A DNA stretch of 19,552 nt. Origin: a virus. Taxonomy: Duplodnaviria > Heunggongvirae > Uroviricota > Caudoviricetes. Positions 8,843 through 16,966 of the stretch are shown here, piece after piece. Every line of letters starts with the position of its first letter. The stretch's first letter is position 1. The notes below the pieces were generated by a model. It did not search any database. It was not told the DNA's origin and saw only the letters and a program-made list of their open reading frames with translations. The stretch lies in IMG/VR virus record IMGVR_UViG_3300029562_000126, positions 1 to 19,552 of that record; one strand, given 5' to 3'. The position numbers and the translations under genes were made by a program.

Positions 8843-9076
8843 TTAGGCGGCAGAATTACTCGCGTTAAACAATGGTGCGAGGTCGGGACGAATATCTGCT
8901 GGTTTAATCTTTCCACCAGTGGCTGAGACAATTTTCATTACATAGCGGGCATCAATTCCGCCACCGTGTAGCCAACGCCAAACAGTGGGTTGGGCTACAC
9001 CGCATAGATCTGCCAGTCGTTTTTGACTACCTGTAATACTGATTGCGAGTTGAATGGTCTGATTTGTCATCATCAA
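8843..9076 (-). CDS. Cro-like HTH DNA-binding protein, divergent from the repressor
   Basis: 77-aa ORF with an HTH-like segment (QKRLADLCGVAQPTVWRWLHGG). Divergently arranged from the cI-like gene across a ~100-bp operator region. Confidence 0.7.
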   Translation of the reverse strand: MMMTNQTIQLAISITGSQKRLADLCGVAQPTVWRWLHGGGIDARYVMKIVSATGGKIKPADIRPDLAPLFNASNSAA

Positions 9077-9180
9077 TTCCTATTGGTATTGCAACGAATA
9101 GATAATAGCAATGCGTATTAAACCAAGCAATAGCAAAACGTGTTTTGACCATCAATACGCAAGCGTATAAATTAAAACTT
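9077..9180. promoter_or_regulatory. OR-like divergent promoter/operator region with repeated (A)TAGCAA(T) motifs; candidate pRM-like promoter (TTGACC ... TATAAA) directly upstream of the repressor ATG
   Basis: Sequence ...tattggtattgcaacgaatagataatagcaatgcgtattaaaccaagcaatagcaaaacgtgttttgaccatcaatacgcaagcgtataaattaaaacttATG. Repeated AGCAAT/ATTGCA half-site-like elements; -35/-10-like hexamers a few nt before the ATG suggest a near-leaderless repressor transcript. Confidence 0.5.
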
Positions 9181-9873
9181 ATGAAAAAAGAAACTCTTGC
9201 TGATCGCTTAAACCTAGCGATGGAACAATCTGGAATGTCTCAAGGCGCTCTTGCAAAGGCGTCTGGCGTAGCTCAACCCACAATCTGGAGACTGACAAGC
9301 GGCAACGCGCGCGGCTCAACAAAAATTGTTGAAATAGCTAATGCATTGGGTGTTCGAACAGAGTGGCTTTCATCAGGCATAGGCCCGATGAGAAATGACG
9401 GTCAACAATCAGGAAAGCCTGCTGTCAACCATTCCAAATACTTCAAGATTGACGTTCTTGATATAGAAGTCAGTGCTGGGCCGGGTGTCATCAACCGTGA
9501 GTTTGTAGAAGTCCTACGCTCGGTTGAGTACTCGTTTGACGATGCTCGTCACATGTTCGATGGCAGGAAGGCAGAAAATATCCGCATCATTAACGTACGC
9601 GGTGACAGCATGTCAGGAACGATCGAACCAGGTGATCTGCTGTTCGTTGATATCACTGTTAAATCTTTCGACGGTGATGGTATCTATGCGTTTCTGTACG
9701 ACGACACTGCCCATGTAAAGCGCCTGCAAATGATGAAGGATAAGCTGCTGGTTATCTCTGATAACAAGAGCTACTCACCGTGGGATCCGATCGAGAAAGA
9801 CGAGATGAACCGAGTGTTCATCTTTGGGAAAGTTATTGGGAGTATGCCTCAGACATATAGGAAGCATGGTTAA
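9145..9873 (+). CDS. CI-like prophage repressor (N-terminal HTH, C-terminal S24 LexA-type autopeptidase)
   Basis: Track ORF uses a TTG start; likely true start is the ATG at ~9181 (MKKETLADRL...). HTH (SQGALAKASGVAQPTIWRL) and S24 motif (GDSM ... K) are present. Confidence 0.85.
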   Translation: MTINTQAYKLKLMKKETLADRLNLAMEQSGMSQGALAKASGVAQPTIWRLTSGNARGSTKIVEIANALGVRTEWLSSGIGPMRNDGQQSGKPAVNHSKYFKIDVLDIEVSAGPGVINREFVEVLRSVEYSFDDARHMFDGRKAENIRIINVRGDSMSGTIEPGDLLFVDITVKSFDGDGIYAFLYDDTAHVKRLQMMKDKLLVISDNKSYSPWDPIEKDEMNRVFIFGKVIGSMPQTYRKHG

Positions 9874-9995
9874 AGTGAGGCTAAAAAACAGTTACAGCAA
9901 TAGGCCTGTTGTTTTTCTTTAAACACGCAGTGTTAAACCGCTCTTTGAGATGCGGAGTAATGAGATGGAAGACTTGAATCACATAAGGGTTAGTG

Positions 9996-10745
9996 ATGGA
10001 GTGCGTAGCGAGCAGCAATAGTGCAATACCTAATGTCGTTGAGGTAATACGTCGCATCAATGAAGGTTCCACTCAGCCATTTCTTTGCAAATGTGATGAT
10101 GGGCAGTTGTATGTTTTGAAGTCAAAACCATCAATGCCCCCGAAAAATCTCTTAGCTGAGTTCATTTCGGCGTGTTTGGCTAATGATATCGGCCTTCCTT
10201 TACCTGACTTTAAAATCGTATTTGTGCCAGAGGAACTTATAGAGTACTCACCTGATCTGCAGCAACAAATTTGTACAGGATATGCCTTTGCTTCATTGTT
10301 CATTGACGGTGCAATAGCGTTAACGTTTACGCAGTCAAGAAACGAAACGATCATCCCAGTCGAACAGCAAAAATTAATCTATGTTTTTGATAAATGGATA
10401 TTAAATGCAGACAGAACGCTTACTGACAAAGGTGGAAACGTTAACATCCTTTATGACATCAGTAACGATAAGTATTATCTGATTGACCATAATCTCTCAT
10501 TTGATCAGAATGCTGGACCTGAAGATTTTTCTGTGCACGTGTACGGCCCTGGTAACCGCAAATGGCAATATGATTTAGTGGATCGCGTAGAGTACCGCCA
10601 GAGGGTCGTTAACAGTTTACACAAGCTTCCTGCTATCCTTGACGAAATTCCAGAAGAGTGGATAGTAGATGAGGAGTTTTTACCTTTTGTCTGCACTACG
10701 CTAGACAAAGGTGATTGTGATGAATTTTGGAGCGCAATAGAATGA
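9996..10745 (+). CDS. Small HipA-like putative Ser/Thr protein kinase (HipA_C-like core only)
   Basis: 249-aa ORF (ATG 3 nt inside the track start). Kinase-like motifs LYVLKSK (candidate ATP-binding Lys), FDKWILNADRTLTDKGGN and YYLIDHNLSFD (D-H-N catalytic-loop-like). Lower GC than the phage core. Family call rests on motif recognition only. Confidence 0.55.
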   Translation: MECVASSNSAIPNVVEVIRRINEGSTQPFLCKCDDGQLYVLKSKPSMPPKNLLAEFISACLANDIGLPLPDFKIVFVPEELIEYSPDLQQQICTGYAFASLFIDGAIALTFTQSRNETIIPVEQQKLIYVFDKWILNADRTLTDKGGNVNILYDISNDKYYLIDHNLSFDQNAGPEDFSVHVYGPGNRKWQYDLVDRVEYRQRVVNSLHKLPAILDEIPEEWIVDEEFLPFVCTTLDKGDCDEFWSAIE

Positions 10746-11569
10746 CAACTCCATGCCTATATAGCATCGTTCGCTATGCGCCTTATGCGGAGACTGAAGA
10801 GTTCGCAAACATAGGCGTACTTCTGTGCGCGCCAAAAGAAAATTACTTTGATTTCCAGCTCACAAAGCGAAATGACTCTCGTGTAAAGAATTTTTTCCAT
10901 GATGATTGTATTTTCCCTGTAGCAAAAGACTCAATACAAAGAGAACTACAGTTCGCAAAAATGCATGCGACCCAGATTGTTGGACATCAACAACTTGCAC
11001 AATTCTTCAGATATTTTACAAACAAAAAAGAATCAATTTTTCAGTTCAGTTCTACGAGAGTGATTCTCAGCGAAAACCCAAAAGAAGAGCTGGCCCGCAT
11101 TTACAATAAATATGTAAACCACTCTGACTACACAAAAGAGCGCCGTGAAGATGTTCTAGCCAGAGAGCTAAAACGAAGTATCGATAGAATAGATGGATTG
11201 AAGAACGTCTTCAAACAAGCAACCATTGATGGGTATTTCGCAAAGTTCTCAATGCCATTGGTCGCCAAGAAGCATGACAGGATCCAATGTGCCATCAAAC
11301 CTCTGGCATTCACTCAAGCTGAACCAGGAAAAATGATGGAGCATAGTGATACTTGGGTGATGAGAATAACTCGAGCAGCAGAAGAAAACCTGCTTTCACT
11401 TGATGACATTTTATTCACAATTGAAACTCCTGAATCACCAAACTCAGGCCAAAGCAAAGTTATTGACATCATAAAGAGAACTATGGATGCTAAGAAAATA
11501 AATCATATACCTGCATCCAACCACAAAGAAACTATTGATTTTGCAAAAAAAATACTTCCCCAAGTTTAA
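10742..11569 (+). CDS. DUF3037-like protein with C-terminal extension
   Basis: ATG overlaps the kinase stop (ATGA), indicating translational coupling. N-terminus YSIVRYAPYAETEEFANIGVLLC matches the DUF3037 signature as recalled (Y.V.R..P....EEF.N.GV.L). AT-rich. Track ORF 10727..11569 begins at an upstream TTG. Confidence 0.55.
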   Translation: MTTPCLYSIVRYAPYAETEEFANIGVLLCAPKENYFDFQLTKRNDSRVKNFFHDDCIFPVAKDSIQRELQFAKMHATQIVGHQQLAQFFRYFTNKKESIFQFSSTRVILSENPKEELARIYNKYVNHSDYTKERREDVLARELKRSIDRIDGLKNVFKQATIDGYFAKFSMPLVAKKHDRIQCAIKPLAFTQAEPGKMMEHSDTWVMRITRAAEENLLSLDDILFTIETPESPNSGQSKVIDIIKRTMDAKKINHIPASNHKETIDFAKKILPQV

Positions 11570-11603
11570 AATTTATTTTTGTATGTGATATTCCTTATTA
11601 ATA

Positions 11604-11631
11604 ACCCGGCCACCGTGCCGGGTTTTCTTTT
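11604..11631 (+). terminator. Rho-independent terminator ending the cI / kinase / DUF3037 transcription unit (tIMM-like position)
   Basis: CCCGGC-CACCGT-GCCGGG hairpin followed by TTTTCTTTT, about 35 nt after the DUF3037 gene stop. Confidence 0.7.
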
Positions 11632-11771
11632 GCCTCCCCTCATCACACAAACCGCTCAAAAAACCACCACAACCCCGCTTCAGTTATCGCTATGCGATGC
11701 AAGTCACAAAATTAATTCTTTTTGCTATCAAACATTTAATATCAAAACACATCTAACGATAGCAATAAGTA

Positions 11772-11800
11772 TTGATATCACCAATAGCAATAGCTATTAT
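11772..11800 (+). promoter_or_regulatory. pL/OL-like promoter: TTGATA, 17-bp spacer, TATTAT, with operator-like CAATAGCAATAGC in the spacer
   Basis: Near-consensus sigma70 hexamers with 17-bp spacing read directly. The spacer and upstream sequence (~11720..11795) carry the same TAGCAA(T) motif family as the OR region. Correctly oriented to drive kil-position gene, gam, bet, exo, xis and int. Confidence 0.5.
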
Positions 11801-12074
11801 CACCATATCGCAACAACACAACGATACGGCAACCACCTGATTCACCGTTGCGATGACCGCTTAGATCCGCAGCTTGATTTCAGCAGGCTCCGGGGAGTGC
11901 GAGGGGTGAAACGGACGCGTGAACGTCGGTGTGACCAGCTGAAATCAACTCAACACTTCATACCTCAGTTGCTTCAACGAGGCGACTTAGTTATGACAAC
12001 CGGCGGCCATCCACCGCCAAATACTGCGCAACCCCTTATTTGTTCAGCAGCCCAGCTTACGGGCAGGAGTTTTT

Positions 12075-12281
12075 ATGGTTCATCAACATTACGGAACGCA
12101 GACCGTTAATCGCGGTGCGGTCATGCCAGGAATGCTGGTCAAACACAAAGATGGTACCTGGACTGCATCAGCTAATTTACGCGGACGGCTTTATCTGCAT
12201 CGCGGCATCGAGCGCACTTATACCCGTGATTTGCTCGTGGAAGTTTTTCTCGACGGACGCGGTAACGGCCTGAATCACTAA
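12075..12281 (+). CDS. Hypothetical small protein in the kil/cIII position upstream of gam
   Basis: 68-aa ORF with a strong RBS (GCAGGAGT) 8 nt upstream of the ATG. No family recognised. Confidence 0.55.
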   Translation: MVHQHYGTQTVNRGAVMPGMLVKHKDGTWTASANLRGRLYLHRGIERTYTRDLLVEVFLDGRGNGLNH

Positions 12282-12357
12282 CCCCCCTTTCCTGTTTTCC
12301 TAATCAGCCTGGCATTTCGCGGGCGATATTTTCACAGCCATTTTCAGGAGTTCAGCC

Positions 12358-12654
12358 ATGAACGCTTATTACATTCAGGATCGTCTTGAGGCTCAGAGCT
12401 GGGCGCGTCACTACCAGCAGATCGCCCGTGAAGAGAAAGAGGCAGAACTGGCAAACGACATGGAAAAAGGCCTGCCCCAGCACCTGTTTGAATCGCTATG
12501 CATCGATCATTTGCAACGCCACGGGGCCAGCAAAAAAGCCATTACCCGTGCGTTTGATGACGATGTTGAGTTTCAGGAGCGCATGGCAGAACACATCCGG
12601 TACATGGTTGAAACCATTGCTCACCACCAGGTTGATATTGATTCAGAGGTATAA
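12358..12654 (+). CDS. gam: Gam (RecBCD inhibitor), short GamS-length form
   Basis: 98-aa [24 protein letters not shown]...HQVDIDSEV matches lambda Gam as recalled. CAGGAG RBS. Confidence 0.9.
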   Translation: MNAYYIQDRLEAQSWARHYQQIAREEKEAELANDMEKGLPQHLFESLCIDHLQRHGASKKAITRAFDDDVEFQERMAEHIRYMVETIAHHQVDIDSEV

Positions 12655-12659
12655 AACGG

Positions 12660-13445
12660 ATGAGTACAGCACTCGCAACGCTGGCAGGGAAGCTGGCTGA
12701 ACGTGTCGGCATGGATTCTGTCGACCCACAGGAACTGATCACCACTCTTCGCCAGACGGCATTTAAAGGTGATGCCAGCGATGCGCAGTTCATCGCATTG
12801 TTGATCGTCGCCAACCAGTACGGCCTTAATCCGTGGACGAAAGAAATTTACGCCTTCCCTGATAAGCAGAACGGCATCGTTCCGGTGGTGGGCGTTGATG
12901 GCTGGTCCCGCATCATCAATGAAAACCAGCAGTTTGATGGCATGGACTTTGAGCAGGACAATGAATCCTGTACATGCCGGATTTACCGCAAGGACCGTAA
13001 TCATCCGATCTGCGTTACCGAATGGATGGATGAATGCCGCCGCGAACCATTCAAAACTCGCGAAGGCAGAGAAATCACGGGGCCGTGGCAGTCGCATCCC
13101 AAACGGATGTTACGGCATAAAGCCATGATTCAGTGTGCCCGTCTGGCCTTCGGATTTGCTGGTATCTATGACAAGGATGAAGCCGAGCGCATTGTCGAAA
13201 ATACTGCATACACTGCAGAACGTCAGCCAGAACGCGACATCACTCCGGTTAACGATGAAACCATGCAGGAGATTAACACTCTGCTGATCTCCCTGGATAA
13301 AACATGGGATGACGACTTATTGCCGCTCTGTTCCCAGATATTTCGCCGCGACATTCGCGCATCGTCAGAACTGACACAGGCCGAAGCAGTGAAAGCTCTT
13401 GGATTCCTGAAACAGAAAGCCACTGAGCAGAAGGTGGCAGCATGA
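12660..13445 (+). CDS. bet: Bet (Red-beta single-strand annealing protein)
   Basis: 261-aa ORF essentially identical to lambda Bet as recalled ([66 protein letters not shown]...). Confidence 0.95.
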   Translation: MSTALATLAGKLAERVGMDSVDPQELITTLRQTAFKGDASDAQFIALLIVANQYGLNPWTKEIYAFPDKQNGIVPVVGVDGWSRIINENQQFDGMDFEQDNESCTCRIYRKDRNHPICVTEWMDECRREPFKTREGREITGPWQSHPKRMLRHKAMIQCARLAFGFAGIYDKDEAERIVENTAYTAERQPERDITPVNDETMQEINTLLISLDKTWDDDLLPLCSQIFRRDIRASSELTQAEAVKALGFLKQKATEQKVAA

Positions 13446-14122
13446 CACCGGACATTATCCTGCAGCGTACCGGGATCGACGTGAGAGCTGTCGAACAGGG
13501 GGATGATGCATGGCACAAATTACGGCTCGGCGTCATCACCGCTTCAGAAGTTCACAACGTGATAGCAAAGCCCCGATCAGGAAAGAAGTGGCCTGACATG
13601 AAAATGTCCTACTTCCACACCCTGCTGGCTGAGGTTTGCACCGGTGTGGCTCCGGAAGTTAACGCTAAAGCGCTGGCCTGGGGAAAACAGTACGAGAACG
13701 ACGCCAGAACCCTGTTTGAGTTCACTTCCGGCGTAAATGTTATTGAATCCCCGATCATCTATCGCGACGAAAGTATGCGCACCGCCTGCTCTCCCGATGG
13801 TTTATGCAGTGACGGCAATGGCCTTGAGCTGAAATGCCCGTTTACCTCCCGGGATTTCATGAAGTTCCGGCTCGGTGGTTTCGAGGCCATAAAGTCGGCT
13901 TACATGGCCCAGGTGCAGTACAGCATGTGGGTGACGCGAAAAGATGCCTGGTACTTTGCCAACTATGACCCGCGTATGAAGCGTGAAGGCCTGCATTATG
14001 TCGTGATTGAGCGGAATGAAAAGTACATGGCGAATTTTGACGAGATGGTGCCGGAGTTCATCGAAAAAATGGACGTGGCACTGGCTGAAATTGGTTTTGT
14101 ATTTGGGGAGCAATGGCGATGA
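13442..14122 (+). CDS. exo: Exo (lambda 5'-3' exonuclease, Red-alpha)
   Basis: 226-aa ORF essentially identical to lambda Exo as recalled ([65 protein letters not shown]...). ATGA overlap with bet. Confidence 0.95.
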   Translation: MTPDIILQRTGIDVRAVEQGDDAWHKLRLGVITASEVHNVIAKPRSGKKWPDMKMSYFHTLLAEVCTGVAPEVNAKALAWGKQYENDARTLFEFTSGVNVIESPIIYRDESMRTACSPDGLCSDGNGLELKCPFTSRDFMKFRLGGFEAIKSAYMAQVQYSMWVTRKDAWYFANYDPRMKREGLHYVVIERNEKYMANFDEMVPEFIEKMDVALAEIGFVFGEQWR

Positions 14123-14301
14123 AGCATCCTCACGATAATATCCGGGTAGGCGCGATCACTTTCGTCTACTCCGTTACAAAGCGAGGCTGGGTATTTCCCG
14201 GCCTTCCTGTTATCCGAAATCCCCTGAAAGCACAGCGGCTGGCTGAGGAGATAAATAATAAACGGGGGGCTGTATGCACAAAGCATCTCCTGTTGAGTTA
14301 A
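14119..14301 (+). CDS. Lambda orf60a-like small protein
   Basis: Track ORF 14113..14301; the second ATG gives 60 aa ([24 protein letters not shown]...), matching the position and recalled sequence of lambda orf60a just downstream of exo. Confidence 0.55.
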   Translation: MKHPHDNIRVGAITFVYSVTKRGWVFPGLPVIRNPLKAQRLAEEINNKRGAVCTKHLLLS

Positions 14302-14465
14302 GAACGAGTATCGAGATGGCACATAGCCTCGCTCAAATTGGAGTCAGGTTTGTGCCAATACCAGTAGAAACAGACGAAGAATTTCATACGTTAGCCACAT
14401 CCCTTTCACAAAAGCTGGAAATGATGGTGGCGAAAGCAGAAGCAGATGAGAGAGACCAGGTATGA
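14274..14465 (+). CDS. Lambda orf63-like small protein
   Basis: 63-aa track ORF in the lambda early-left small-ORF cluster; identity recalled, not verified. Confidence 0.5.
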   Translation: MHKASPVELRTSIEMAHSLAQIGVRFVPIPVETDEEFHTLATSLSQKLEMMVAKAEADERDQV

Positions 14466-14475
14466 CAACCACTGA

Positions 14476-14757
14476 ATGCATTTTTCTGGCAGCGGGCTTC
14501 ATATTCTGTGTGCTTATGCTTGCCGACATGGGGCTTGTTCAGTGACACCTCAGCAGGAAAACGCCCTTCGCAGCATTGCCCGTCAGGCTAATTCTGAAAT
14601 CAAAAAAACCAGACAGCAGTTTCCGGATAAAAACGTCGATGACATTTGCCGTAGCGTACTGAAGAAGCACCGCGAAACGGTAACGCTGATGGGATTCACA
14701 CCGACTCATTTAAGCCTGGCAATCGGCATGTTAAACGGCGTTTTTAAGGAACGGTGA
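14476..14757 (+). CDS. Hypothetical early-left protein (start uncertain)
   Basis: 93-aa track ORF. The conserved-looking part begins at an internal GTG (VTPQQENALRSIARQANSEIKK..., ~14542). The 5' portion overlaps a short hydrophobic ORF in another frame. Confidence 0.4.
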   Translation: MHFSGSGLHILCAYACRHGACSVTPQQENALRSIARQANSEIKKTRQQFPDKNVDDICRSVLKKHRETVTLMGFTPTHLSLAIGMLNGVFKER

Positions 14758-14778
14758 ACATGAAAAGCAAAATCATCA

Positions 14779-14802
14779 GGGAGCTACAGGCTCCTTTTTT
14801 AT
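14779..14802 (+). terminator. Weak hairpin plus T-run (possible partial terminator within the early-left operon)
   Basis: GGAGC-TACAG-GCTCC followed by TTTTTTATT. Short stem, so low confidence. Confidence 0.3.
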
Positions 14803-14855
14803 TATTCGCATTCACCCTCAAGCGTATTAACCAACAATTCAGGGATTAATGAAAG

Positions 14856-15074
14856 ATGGCAGACATCATTGATTCAGCATCAGAAATTGAAGAATTACAG
14901 CGCAACACAGCAATAAAAATGCGCCGCCTGAACCACCAGGCTATATCTGCCACTCATTGTTGTGAGTGTGGCGATCCGATAGATGAACGAAGACGCCTGG
15001 TCGTTCAGGGTTGTCGGACTTGTGCAAGTTGTCAGGAGGAGATCGAACTTAAGAACAAACAATGGGGACTGTGA
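14856..15074 (+). CDS. TraR/DksA-family C4 zinc-finger protein (lambda Orf73-like)
   Basis: 72-aa ORF with CxxC...CxxC (HCCECGDPIDERRRLVVQGCRTCASCQ) typical of TraR/DksA-type zinc fingers. Confidence 0.7.
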   Translation: MADIIDSASEIEELQRNTAIKMRRLNHQAISATHCCECGDPIDERRRLVVQGCRTCASCQEEIELKNKQWGL

Positions 15075-15121
15075 TGGCCTCAAAGCAGCAAATTTCAACA
15101 TCGTCCAACTGAGGTGTAAAA

Positions 15122-15400
15122 ATGTTCAGAATCATTTTTCCTAACACCTGGTACGTCGACCACCACGGCACTCCCTGCAAAATCCTGCGTTCTACCCACA
15201 ACAAAGTTCACTACATCCGAAAAGGCAGAACATGTATCGCCAGCATGTTCCGCTTTAATCATGACTTTGAACCTGTGAATAAAGCTGATGCAGATCGGAT
15301 AGCAGAAGAGATCGAAACGGCAGAACACATTAAGAAGTTACGTGACATGCGTTCAAAAAGCAGAGGTAACCATGGAATCATACAGCCTCACACTCGATGA
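15122..15400 (+). CDS. Hypothetical protein
   Basis: 92-aa track ORF between the TraR-like gene and xis. No family recognised. Confidence 0.4.
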   Translation: MFRIIFPNTWYVDHHGTPCKILRSTHNKVHYIRKGRTCIASMFRFNHDFEPVNKADADRIAEEIETAEHIKKLRDMRSKSRGNHGIIQPHTR

Positions 15401-15722
15401 GGCCTGTCAGTTTCTCAAGATATCCAGACCTACCGCTACCAACTGGATACGAACAGGCCGCCTACAGGCAACACGCAAAGACCCCACTAAACTAAAATCT
15501 CCTTACCTCACAACACGACAAGCCTGCATTGCGGCACTTCAGTCTCCGCTGCATACTGTCAAGGTGAGCGCGGGTGATGGCATAACAGAGGAAAGAAAAT
15601 GTCACTCTTCCGCAGAAGTGAAATATGGTACGCCAGTTTCACATTGCCGAACGGTAAAAGATTTAAACAGTCTCTTGGAACAAAGGACAAAAGGCAGGCG
15701 ACAGAGCTCCATGACAAGCTAA
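15372..15722 (+). CDS. xis: Excisionase (P22 Xis-type)
   Basis: Track ORF 15342..15722; the internal ATG ([31 protein letters not shown]...) gives 116 aa, matching P22 Xis as recalled. Overlaps the int start. Confidence 0.75.
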   Translation: MESYSLTLDEACQFLKISRPTATNWIRTGRLQATRKDPTKLKSPYLTTRQACIAALQSPLHTVKVSAGDGITEERKCHSSAEVKYGTPVSHCRTVKDLNSLLEQRTKGRRQSSMTS

Positions 15723-16762
15723 AGGCTGAAGCATGGCGGGTCAGCAAACTTGGTGAAATACCTGATATGACGTTCGAGGAAGCGTGTGTCAGGTGGCTTG
15801 AAGAGAAAGCACATAAAAAATCACTGGACGATGACAAAAGCCGGATCGGATTCTGGCTTCAACATTTCGCAGGGATGCAATTAAGAGACATTACTGAATC
15901 AAAAATTTATTCAGCAATTCAGAAAATGACGAACCGGCGTCATGAGGAAAACTGGAAACTCAGGGCAGAAGCATGCAGAAAAAAAGGGAAACCTGTTCCA
16001 GAATACACGCCAAAACCAGCGTCCGTTGCAACGAAGGCAACGCATCTTTCATTTATAAAGGCCCTGCTAAGAGCCGCAGAGCGTGAATGGAAAATGCTGG
16101 ATAAGGCACCAATTATTAAAGTGCCTCAACCAAAGAATAAACGGATCCGCTGGCTGGAGCCTCATGAAGCACAAAGGCTGATTGATGAATGTCCGGAGCC
16201 ATTAAAGTCTGTTGTTGAATTTGCACTGGCAACAGGTTTAAGACGCTCAAACATCATCAACCTTGAATGGCAACAAATAGACATGCAGCGCCGGGTGGCA
16301 TGGATAAACCCGGAAGAGAGTAAATCAAACCGCGCAATTGGCGTTGCGCTGAATGATACTGCATGTCGTGTATTGAAAAAACAAATCGGGAATCATCACC
16401 GTTGGGTATTTGTGTACAAGGAAAGCTGTACCAAACCAGACGGAACGAAAGCGCCAACAGTAAGGAAGATGCGGTATGACGCAAACACAGCCTGGAAAGC
16501 GGCGCTGAGACGGGCTGGTATTGATGATTTCAGATTTCACGACTTGAGACACACCTGGGCAAGTTGGCTGGTTCAAGCCGGAGTCCCGTTGTCAGTGTTA
16601 CAGGAAATGGGAGGCTGGGAGTCTATCGAAATGGTTCGTCGATATGCTCACCTTGCACCTAATCACCTTACCGAACACGCACGGCAAATAGACTCGATCC
16701 TGAACCCATCGGTCCCAAATTTGTCCCAGTCAAAAAATAAGGAAGGTACTAATGATGTGTAA
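15599..16762 (+). CDS. int: Tyrosine integrase, P22 Int-type (thrW-specific)
   Basis: 387-aa [44 protein letters not shown]... with C-terminal catalytic region ([15 protein letters not shown]...RYAH). Ends 14 nt before the 3' end of tRNA-Thr and is transcribed toward it. Confidence 0.93.
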   Translation: MSLFRRSEIWYASFTLPNGKRFKQSLGTKDKRQATELHDKLKAEAWRVSKLGEIPDMTFEEACVRWLEEKAHKKSLDDDKSRIGFWLQHFAGMQLRDITESKIYSAIQKMTNRRHEENWKLRAEACRKKGKPVPEYTPKPASVATKATHLSFIKALLRAAEREWKMLDKAPIIKVPQPKNKRIRWLEPHEAQRLIDECPEPLKSVVEFALATGLRRSNIINLEWQQIDMQRRVAWINPEESKSNRAIGVALNDTACRVLKKQIGNHHRWVFVYKESCTKPDGTKAPTVRKMRYDANTAWKAALRRAGIDDFRFHDLRHTWASWLVQAGVPLSVLQEMGGWESIEMVRRYAHLAPNHLTEHARQIDSILNPSVPNLSQSKNKEGTNDV

Positions 16763-16776
16763 CTTATTGATTTAAA

Positions 16777-16852
16777 TGGTGCCGATAATAGGAGTCGAAC
16801 CTACGACCTTCGCATTACGAATGCGCTGCTCTACCAACTGAGCTATATCGGC
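16777..16852 (-). tRNA. thrW: tRNA-Thr (anticodon CGU), including 3' CCA; prophage attachment target
   Basis: The reverse complement reads GCCGATATAGCTCAGTTGGTAGAGCAGCGCATTCGTAATGCGAAGGTCGTAGGTTCGACTCCTATTATCGGCACCA (76 nt, cloverleaf-compatible, anticodon loop TTCGTAA). Confidence 0.93.
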
Positions 16853-16966
16853 CCTGAAAGGACATGTTCACGAACGTGAATCACGGTGGACAAGGTTAAA
16901 ACTAACCGGGCGATGCGTCAATGGCCTTGTGAATCAAATGGCTACTTTTGCATCACCCGGTTTTAT

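Noticed and set aside
11579-12109. 176-aa plus-strand ORF between the immunity terminator and gam, considered as a possible N gene
   Set aside because: Its translation is low-complexity (T/P/Q-rich stretches), it starts inside the terminator/promoter region, it has no arginine-rich motif, and it overlaps the well-supported 12075 gene in another frame. More likely non-coding leader.
12040-14322. Alternative-frame ORFs overlapping gam, bet and exo (for example 12386..12700, 12542..12814, 12621..13097, 12895..13128, 13223..13516, 13273..13539, 13802..14113, 13996..14322)
   Set aside because: Gam, Bet and Exo are near-identical to the lambda proteins in their own frames; the overlapping ORFs are shadows.
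1-16852. Searched for a second copy of the thrW 3' end (att core) to define the distal prophage boundary
   Set aside because: No copy found by eye inside the window, so attL is presumed to lie beyond the left edge. Not reported as a feature.
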